A stretch of 27,707 nt of DNA from a virus. Taxonomy: Duplodnaviria > Caudoviricetes. Below, one piece after another: positions 18,808 through 25,434 of the stretch. The stretch covers positions 1-27,707 of the IMG/VR virus record IMGVR_UViG_3300030095_002421, one strand, 5' to 3'. Position 1 is the first letter of the stretch, and each line of letters begins with the position of its first letter. The notes under the pieces were generated by a model. That model had not been told where the DNA came from, ran no database searches, and saw only the letters and a program-made list of their open reading frames with translations. Made by a program: the position numbers and the translations under genes.

Positions 18808-20972
18808 ATGTAATATGGGTTGTTTTCTGTGACTTTCATATGTCTGACAACCAATTCGACATCAGCGAATATCGGGCCTTTGTCATCTGGTAGTTGATGA
18901 TCCGCTTTGGTGATGGTGTAATCCTCTATGGTAATGGTTGCATTCTCCCTCGTAGTGCCGCTTCCGGGCTTTGTCAGAGTGAATGTTATGTCATTGGTAT
19001 TGGTATGGTGCTTCCTCTGCCTCATCTCTTCCCAGAATCTGTTATCCTCGACAAGAGCCTTGAATGTGAAGGTGTATTCTCTCTTTGCCTCTGTAATGTC
19101 CAAAGGAGTCTGTGTTCCTCCGTGTTGAACCTGATCAGTAGAGGCTGATGCACCCTCGTATCCTCTGATGAACCATCTTGGCTCGGTGCTGTTGGTAACG
19201 GATACGCTGAATTCTGTTGCCCTCAAGACTGGACGACCGAATGCCTCGATGCTGATGTCTTGGAAGAGATATGGCTTTTCTCCGTTAGTGGCTATCCCGC
19301 TAACTTTTCTGTTTGCAGTAGTATTAGCAGTATTCTCAAACATTCTGTGAGGTGTGAATGTTCCTGCTGTATCGGTGTAGTGCCTAGCAGCCTGATAGGA
19401 CGCCTCTAGTTTCAACTCTCCCTCTGTGTTAGCCGACAGGGTTGCTTCTGCCATTTTGCACCCGCTATACAAGCGTAGCAGTTGTTCTCCACCGGGAGTG
19501 GCATCGCTATTACGATATGATTGCTCAATCATGAAGGAGGGGAGAGTGCTATGGCCGAAGTAGGTGTGTTCAACCCCATTCTGCAATTCCTTTGTGGTCG
19601 CATTGATATTTGGGCTACCTCTTGCATTGTCTGATGAATAGACTACCCTGTCGATTCCACACTTATTGATCGCATGGGCAAATGTGAATGGCTCCTCGAC
19701 ATGAATGTAATCTCCACCCGTAGCAACGATTCTCCTTATCTCGTGTTTGAACACGGTTGGAAGCACATCATCCTGTCCGGGTATCTGATGTGTCTCAGAG
19801 TCGATTATCTGCACATAATCCCCTACCGAGAACAATGCTCTAAGGGTAGCACCGACATTCAGCCTAGTGTCTCCTATCGAACAAGCCGCGCCCAGAGGAG
19901 GAAGTAGGAAGATTGTCTTGTCCGCCGCCAGAGCCGCAGTAGCCGCTCCTGAGTCTATGTCTGCAATCGTCTGGATCGTGTGAGATGAGATTGCTGCATA
20001 GGATGCATACTTGATTGCCCCTGCGCTAACAACCTTGAGGACTCCTCCGCTTGCGTTAGTCGATACGAAGATGTTCTTGGAATCCGTCACAAGCACCGTG
20101 TCATCACTTGATGTCGAAGTGGACTTCGCACCTATCAGCACGTTGTCCCCGGTAGCAATTCCGCTAAGGCTGTCGAGGCCGGAGAAAACAGTCCCGCTAG
20201 TTGCTGACGACGCTATGTCCACGTCGTTCCCATTGGAAACCTTCTCTGCCTTGTATGTAGCCGCGCTGACAGCATCAACGATGTTGAATGGCTTCGCACT
20301 AACGGTGTTGGATGTGCTAGTCTTAGTGGCTAGTTCACCCTGACCCTTTGCAGTATGTCCCCCCAGAGCATACTTCAACCATCGCAGACTGTGAGCGTTT
20401 AGAGTCATACTCCCTCCATCGAGAGTCTCTCTCCCGCTCGTTATCACGTTGACATCCCTGCCCATGCCGATAACGTGCTGCTTCCGAACATCAATTACAG
20501 GTTCTGGTAGTGCGAATCCCTCAAGCAGACCGATGAACTGATCTGACTTTACTTTCTGAGCAGCATCAGTCATCCCCGCATCGAACGTCGGGCATCTGTA
20601 TGTGTCGATCGTCAGGTTGTCTGAGGAACCTGCTGCTTGTGATGCACTCGTAGCGAGAGCAGGTTGGACTTTGATAGTCCCGTTTGTCGTATCATTAGCC
20701 GTGATGTAGTATGTTCTCCTAGTAGTGCCAAAATCATCTGCCGAGAAGTTGCTTCCTCCCTCTATTCTAAGGACACAGCCAACCAGAACATTGTCTGGTA
20801 ATTCCACATCCGTACCTGAACCCGTGTGCCAGTATGCACCCGTTCCCACAGTTATGGTACTCGTACTGCCAGAAGTGGACGTAAGTGTCCAAGTCGCCCC
20901 ATCACAGCGTAGTCCTGTTTCTTTGCCGAAGGAGACTTCAGCCAAGTCACCCTTGAATAACGCATTTGCCAT
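18801..20972 (-). CDS. Major tail tube protein with inserted accessory domains (723 aa)
   Basis: Tube-like motifs: EVSFGKET at the N-terminus, GRETLDGGSMT, PSFMIEQ...LYSGCKM..ATLS...GELKLEASY and ITEAKREYTFTF. It sits upstream of the chaperones and tape measure. Confidence 0.8.
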   Translation of the reverse strand: MANALFKGDLAEVSFGKETGLRCDGATWTLTSTSGSTSTITVGTGAYWHTGSGTDVELPDNVLVGCVLRIEGGSNFSADDFGTTRRTYYITANDTTNGTIKVQPALATSASQAAGSSDNLTIDTYRCPTFDAGMTDAAQKVKSDQFIGLLEGFALPEPVIDVRKQHVIGMGRDVNVITSGRETLDGGSMTLNAHSLRWLKYALGGHTAKGQGELATKTSTSNTVSAKPFNIVDAVSAATYKAEKVSNGNDVDIASSATSGTVFSGLDSLSGIATGDNVLIGAKSTSTSSDDTVLVTDSKNIFVSTNASGGVLKVVSAGAIKYASYAAISSHTIQTIADIDSGAATAALAADKTIFLLPPLGAACSIGDTRLNVGATLRALFSVGDYVQIIDSETHQIPGQDDVLPTVFKHEIRRIVATGGDYIHVEEPFTFAHAINKCGIDRVVYSSDNARGSPNINATTKELQNGVEHTYFGHSTLPSFMIEQSYRNSDATPGGEQLLRLYSGCKMAEATLSANTEGELKLEASYQAARHYTDTAGTFTPHRMFENTANTTANRKVSGIATNGEKPYLFQDISIEAFGRPVLRATEFSVSVTNSTEPRWFIRGYEGASASTDQVQHGGTQTPLDITEAKREYTFTFKALVEDNRFWEEMRQRKHHTNTNDITFTLTKPGSGTTRENATITIEDYTITKADHQLPDDKGPIFADVELVVRHMKVTENNPYYIA

Positions 20973-21002
20973 TGGTATCGAGCCGAACTAGAAGGCCAAT
21001 TG

Positions 21003-21012
21003 TCCTTAAGCA
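21003..21012 (-). promoter_or_regulatory. Candidate promoter box TGCTTAAGGA (copy 2)
   Basis: In the 43-nt gap, 30 nt upstream of the tube ATG, which has no obvious RBS. Confidence 0.4.
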
Positions 21013-21015
21013 GTT

Positions 21016-21282
21016 CTATTCATCGGAGTCTTCAGAGTCGTCAGAGGCTTCTTCAGACTCCTCTGGCGTTATAACGTCTGCATTGGAATTGTTTCTAGCC
21101 GAGATTCCTGCGTTGAATTGAGCGATGTCTCGCCTTAGTGAAGTCAAAGAAGACTCGACACCTGCAACGAAGTTTTGCAGGATGTTCAAGTATCCTACCT
21201 TGTCAGCATTGTCCACTTGTAGTAGTCTTACTGCATCCTCTAGTGAGATGGTGTTCTGTTGTGGCTCATCAGTCATTGTCAT
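21016..21282 (-). CDS. Small acidic protein with a coiled-coil-like core, unknown function (86-88 aa)
   Basis: Fills the gap in the operon. Heptad-like segment ILQNFVAGVESSLTSLRRDIAQF and a D/E/S tail. Alternative ATG at 21276. Confidence 0.7.
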   Translation of the reverse strand: MTMTDEPQQNTISLEDAVRLLQVDNADKVGYLNILQNFVAGVESSLTSLRRDIAQFNAGISARNNSNADVITPEESEEASDDSEDSDE

Positions 21283-21301
21283 CGCTCAGACATAAGTGGT
21301 T

Positions 21302-21307
21302 CTTAAA
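21302..21307 (-). promoter_or_regulatory. Candidate archaeal TATA-like box TTTAAG
   Basis: 25 nt before ATG 21276 in a 43-nt gap, a spacing compatible with a leaderless archaeal transcript. Confidence 0.35.
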
Positions 21308-21325
21308 GTTGTCAGCCCTAACACC

Positions 21326-21535
21326 CTAGTTCATCCACGTTGGCATCTCTGGAAAGTTAGCCATTGCTTCTTTCGGATCATCGTATTCATTCGGCAGATC
21401 CAACAACAACGTCCGATAGGCGGCTAGTTCCGTCTGCTTTGCTACTGTCAATAATGAATAGGGTATAGCCAATTGGTACTTGTCCATGTTCAATAGTGCG
21501 GTATCTCTCATTCCTCTTAATTCATCCCATTCCAT
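21326..21535 (-). CDS. Small tail-fibre assembly chaperone-like protein (69 aa)
   Basis: W..LR..RD..L...D..QL......YR..L.DLP....FP..P pattern of Phage_tail_APC-like chaperones. It directly follows a fibre gene, with AGGTGA RBS at 21545-21540. Confidence 0.7.
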   Translation of the reverse strand: MEWDELRGMRDTALLNMDKYQLAIPYSLLTVAKQTELAAYRTLLLDLPNEYDDPKEAMANFPEMPTWMN

Positions 21536-21543
21536 AATATCAC

Positions 21544-22740
21544 CTATGCGTCAAATTGTATCCATACTACGGCATTCACTTCATGTATTGAATTTGAGTT
21601 GGCATTGGCAGTTCTTTTGAACGCTATTGAATCGTTTGCGTTAAACGCCATCGGGCTTGACAACTCAACGGTTTTTGACTTATTGTTTGCGTTAGCATTC
21701 GCAGTTAAAGTATCCATCGCTACTACAGTATCTACTGTCACCTCTGTCCCTCCACTATGTAGTCTTCTAACGGTCCATGTGTCAGTATTAGAACTGCTAG
21801 TGCTAAGAGAACCACCATAGTAATGTACTGTGAAGGCCATCACCTTACCCGCTCTTGGCATAGCGAAGTTATTGGGGTTGGTAGTACCCGAACCACCAAC
21901 AGGTAGTCTCATGTCTATGTTGCTTGTTCCCATATTATCCCTTTGGAAATACAAGGGCCAGTATAGATTGTAATTGTTGGCACCCGTAGAAGTGATATTA
22001 CCAGTCATTAATATATTCCCTCCAACGTGTAATAGTGCGCTTGGAGAAGTGCCGACATTTATTCCCATGCGTTCAGTAGCAGCATTGATGTAGAGGAAAT
22101 CTGCCGTAGAGTCTGAATTGTAACAGAGGTCTATGTCATCTTGACTTGTATTCAACTCAATCTGCCTAGAACCACCACGAAGTCTCATGAACTCCTGTTC
22201 ATTCGCACCATCTTCTGTTAGTTTGAATAGCAACTCGCCTCTTTCGTCACCATCCGAGGCATCGCTATACTCCATGACTATTCTACCATATTCGTGTCTG
22301 TCTCCATTGTCATTCTTCATTGCCCATACGATAGCACCAGTATCATCACCATCTGCGGGGGAAGGGGTATTACGATAGAACTCCAATATAGGCCCATCAA
22401 CCGCATCAGCATTCGTATTCTCTAGGATGAGAGTAGAAGTGGCCGATGCGTTGTTCTTTATCGTAGTCGATTTTGTCTGTGCGTCTATGGTCACGGTTCC
22501 ATCCGCGTTGATCACCATACTCTGTATGCCTGAAATATCATTCACGCTGAATATATCCCCTGATGACATGGTTGGCCCAATCGAAAAGACCTGCCCCTCC
22601 GTTCCCTCAAATGAAAGTGAGTTGTCATCTAGGACTCTCAGATACATCGGTGAGTTGTCCTTGCCTACCAGTTTGATTTCCGGTTGGGAGGTCTGACTCA
22701 CATTTGGAGTGATTAGGATTTCCTTATCGCTATCTGCCAT
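21544..22740 (-). CDS. Tail fibre / receptor-binding protein (about 398 aa)
   Basis: Start moved to ATG 22740 (GGGAGG upstream). The N-terminus MADSDKEILITP...LSFEG..GQVFSI...IFSVNDISG is typical of aquatic-phage fibres. It has one GINVGTSPSALLHVGG shaft repeat and a C-terminal beta-sandwich-like head. Confidence 0.65.
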   Translation of the reverse strand: MADSDKEILITPNVSQTSQPEIKLVGKDNSPMYLRVLDDNSLSFEGTEGQVFSIGPTMSSGDIFSVNDISGIQSMVINADGTVTIDAQTKSTTIKNNASATSTLILENTNADAVDGPILEFYRNTPSPADGDDTGAIVWAMKNDNGDRHEYGRIVMEYSDASDGDERGELLFKLTEDGANEQEFMRLRGGSRQIELNTSQDDIDLCYNSDSTADFLYINAATERMGINVGTSPSALLHVGGNILMTGNITSTGANNYNLYWPLYFQRDNMGTSNIDMRLPVGGSGTTNPNNFAMPRAGKVMAFTVHYYGGSLSTSSSNTDTWTVRRLHSGGTEVTVDTVVAMDTLTANANANNKSKTVELSSPMAFNANDSIAFKRTANANSNSIHEVNAVVWIQFDA

Positions 22741-22741
22741 C

Positions 22742-23455
22742 TCAATCAAGCCTCCCTCTCATACTCTCGTATATTTGCATTACCTCAGTAGCAGCAAGTT
22801 CTCGATTATAAACGAGGATATAATACATTTTGGCATCCCATCCATCTAGGTATTGCTCATCTCCACCGAAGGTTACGGGATGTGCGCTCAGTAATACTCC
22901 GGGGCCACGATTGGTTCCCTGAGCCACATTTACTCCATCCTTGTAAATAGTCTGTGTAGCACCGTTAATTGATTTAGTGAAGGCGTAATGGGTTATGTCA
23001 TTAGTGCCGAAATTACCATCTCCGCTGGTGTTCACTCTTCCCCCACTAGAAGCCGTAGAAGTCGAGCCATTCGTGTCAAAATAGACTACACCATTACCCC
23101 AAGAGCAATGTGCGAATATTCCCCTAGCATCAGTACCCGCACCATCTCCCATCGGGAACTTGAATGCTGATTCGTTGTTCAATGCATCTTGTAGTGCAAC
23201 TAGGACTATCGTATATCCTGACGCTGCTTCTATGCCGAAGGTATTTGCATTTGGCCCATTAGCCCTGATGGTGTCGAATGAAGAATCCGAGCCACTTGAG
23301 TTATAGGTGGGTGAAGCGGTGAATGTGAAGTCCCTTCCATTACCACTCAGATCTGACCAAGTTGTTCCACTACCACCATACGACTTTGAGTTAGAGGCAT
23401 CTAAGGTCAATTGCAAACCGCTTTGCGGGATCGAAGGCCCACCTGCTACACCCAT
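22742..23455 (-). CDS. LamG/ConA-like lectin domain protein (about 237 aa)
   Basis: Start moved to ATG 23455 (TGATG, GGGGAGGT RBS). LQLTLDASNSKSYGGSGTTWSDLSGNG...IYKDG...VYNRELAATEVMQIY. Confidence 0.8.
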   Translation of the reverse strand: MGVAGGPSIPQSGLQLTLDASNSKSYGGSGTTWSDLSGNGRDFTFTASPTYNSSGSDSSFDTIRANGPNANTFGIEAASGYTIVLVALQDALNNESAFKFPMGDGAGTDARGIFAHCSWGNGVVYFDTNGSTSTASSGGRVNTSGDGNFGTNDITHYAFTKSINGATQTIYKDGVNVAQGTNRGPGVLLSAHPVTFGGDEQYLDGWDAKMYYILVYNRELAATEVMQIYESMRGRLD

Positions 23456-24171
23456 CAGACGAACCTCCCCTTCTGTGCATTGTAATTCTGCAATACCTCT
23501 GCCGCAGATAGAGCCTTCTTGTATAGTTGGATGCAACCCATATGACCCGTCCATTCGCTGCTTGTCGTGTATCTAGTCCCAATCCTCATGTTCCTGCCGA
23601 ATGTTTCAGTTGCGGAAGAGGATTGGGTCAGCGAAACCTCCGCACCGTTGAGGTACATCTTGCCGCCACTACTATCGGAAGTCACCACTAGGTAGTTCCA
23701 CACATCCCCGAACATGGCGGGTTGGGCGACATAATCAGAGTCACCTGCGGTTCCACCGGGATTGTATTCGATGTCACTCTCCCAATTGATGTTTCTGTTT
23801 TGGTAGTTGGACAACTGCCAATTACCACCATCTGCCCTGCAATCGAAGAAGTAGTGGGTGTTCCCGTTGTTCTTGTTGAACCACAGACACCAAGAAACGG
23901 CAGAATGCGCTCCCAAGTCATCCTCTATGTTCATCCCTCTGCCACCTGCGAAGTTGAAGACTCCGCTTTTGTCGCTAGAGTAAGCAGGGAAGTTGGCTGT
24001 GTCGGGGGTGTGCGCTCCACTACCGGGAGATCCACTAGCACCTGTCACAGAACTACCACTCACCAAGCAAGTCGCAGTAGTTTCTCCGCTTGTGAAGCAC
24101 TTCGGATTACCTGCATCCAACAGGAAGACTATCTCATCGGTCACTATGTTAGCACCATTGTGGAATCCCAT
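23455..24171 (-). CDS. LamG/ConA-like lectin domain protein (238 aa)
   Basis: VFLLDAGNPKC...WNYLVVT...MYLNG...IGTRY...WTGHMGCIQLYKKALSAAEVLQNYNA. TAATG overlap with the upstream gene. Confidence 0.85.
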   Translation of the reverse strand: MGFHNGANIVTDEIVFLLDAGNPKCFTSGETTATCLVSGSSVTGASGSPGSGAHTPDTANFPAYSSDKSGVFNFAGGRGMNIEDDLGAHSAVSWCLWFNKNNGNTHYFFDCRADGGNWQLSNYQNRNINWESDIEYNPGGTAGDSDYVAQPAMFGDVWNYLVVTSDSSGGKMYLNGAEVSLTQSSSATETFGRNMRIGTRYTTSSEWTGHMGCIQLYKKALSAAEVLQNYNAQKGRFV

Positions 24172-24833
24172 TACACTCCAAACCTCCTTCTAGTTGCTTC
24201 AAAATTCTGTATTACTTCTGCTCCTGTCAATCCCACATCGTAATGCCTGAATAGAGCAACATCTCCTTGAAAGTTAGCGGTAGAGTTTGAACCTACAATC
24301 TCATTGATTAGTATGTCATTAGTTTCTCCCGTTGCCTCATATTGCTCAACCCCATTTAGATAAGTCTTGCACGTTCCACCAGAACAAGATGTGACTATCT
24401 GATTCCAGTTGGTATCTACTTCGTCTACTATTCCAGTTGGAACATAATCCTCGTTTGTATTAGTCTCGATTGATACTGAGTATGGGGCATCCGTCACTAG
24501 ACCCCAAAGCCTGTGGTATTTGTTTCCATTATGACCGATAAAAATACCCCTACCTCCGTAGTTTCCAGTATAGTCTGCCGAAGACTTTAGCCATATCTCA
24601 ATCGTACCATTAGCAGTATCGAATGTGAATTGCGTTAGGCTAACGTAGTCATCCGTACCATCAAATGAGAAGTATCCGTTTGAGTTGAACGTAGGACTGT
24701 TTGTCAAAGTCCCATTGTTACCCGACAGTCCCAAGTCTGTCCATGTGGTTCCAGAACCGGAGTATGATTTAGGATTCAGCCCGTCAAGACAGATTTGCAT
24801 GTTAGCGTTCTTGACTACAGGCCCATAGTGCAT
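24171..24833 (-). CDS. LamG/ConA-like lectin domain protein (220 aa)
   Basis: CLDGLNPKSYSGSGTTWTDL...FDGTDDYV...TIEIW...WNQIV...YLNG...FQGDVALFRHY...EVIQNF. GGTGA RBS at 24844-24840. Confidence 0.85.
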   Translation of the reverse strand: MHYGPVVKNANMQICLDGLNPKSYSGSGTTWTDLGLSGNNGTLTNSPTFNSNGYFSFDGTDDYVSLTQFTFDTANGTIEIWLKSSADYTGNYGGRGIFIGHNGNKYHRLWGLVTDAPYSVSIETNTNEDYVPTGIVDEVDTNWNQIVTSCSGGTCKTYLNGVEQYEATGETNDILINEIVGSNSTANFQGDVALFRHYDVGLTGAEVIQNFEATRRRFGV

Positions 24834-24839
24834 TAGTAT

Positions 24840-25109
24840 TCACCAATCCCTACACGCCATACATCTAGGAGAATTGTCTCCACCCTTACAGGTAGAACAC
24901 TTGTGTCTAGCCCTGAATGATTTTCTTCGCTTACCCTTTCTCTTTCCCGAAACAGTAACTCCCTTTTGCCCCCAATGGACTCTCTTGTGTCCACCCTTAC
25001 CATTCGATACACACTTCATCCACTTCTTTCCTTTAGAAGTAGAGGATGTTTTCTTTGTGGCTCTAGTGCATTGACCAGATTTACACATTGTATCGAACCA
25101 ATCATCCAT
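24840..25109 (-). CDS. Small, very basic Cys-rich protein (89 aa)
   Basis: Lys/Arg-rich with KRVHWGQKG...RRKSFRARHKC...C..W. I recognise this as a pattern recurring in uncultured aquatic virus proteins. Function unknown. Confidence 0.75.
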   Translation of the reverse strand: MDDWFDTMCKSGQCTRATKKTSSTSKGKKWMKCVSNGKGGHKRVHWGQKGVTVSGKRKGKRRKSFRARHKCSTCKGGDNSPRCMACRDW

Positions 25110-25110
25110 A

Positions 25111-25434
25111 TTATTCTATCTCCGTAGTTACCTTACTTAGATGACGAAGTACATTTTCGCTCAATTGGTGTAGATGAAACAATTTCTTACTTGTACCTTC
25201 TACATGTTCCTTACCTGACATTAGAGTTCCATCAGGGTGCTTATGGGTTTCACCTGTCCATTGTTTTCCATCTTCAAAGAAGTGTCTTTCTCCTTTTCCT
25301 TTCAGTATTTCCTTCCATGTTTTACTTAGTTTATTCCAAGTTTTTTCATCAGGATAGTCTTCATCCCCCGGTTTAGCAGGTTCTTCTCCCCTTTTTCTCT
25401 TAGCATCTATATTCGCCCAAAGTCCTTTACTCAA
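25111..25434 (-). CDS. Small two-module hypothetical viral protein (107 aa)
   Basis: TTG start overlapping the upstream TGA, with GGTGGTGG before it. Module 1 is GLWANIDAKRKRGEEPAKPGDEDYP. Module 2 is His-rich: HFFEDG...THKHPDGTLMSGKEH...SKKLFH. Confidence 0.75.
   Translation of the reverse strand: MSKGLWANIDAKRKRGEEPAKPGDEDYPDEKTWNKLSKTWKEILKGKGERHFFEDGKQWTGETHKHPDGTLMSGKEHVEGTSKKLFHLHQLSENVLRHLSKVTTEIE

Noticed and set aside
18801-20972. Tail sheath, contractile injection system or gene transfer agent interpretation
   Set aside because: The motifs are tube-like, no gp25/wedge/J-like genes are seen, and the tube, G/GT, tape measure, Dit order fits a non-contractile tail. No host genes are in the window.
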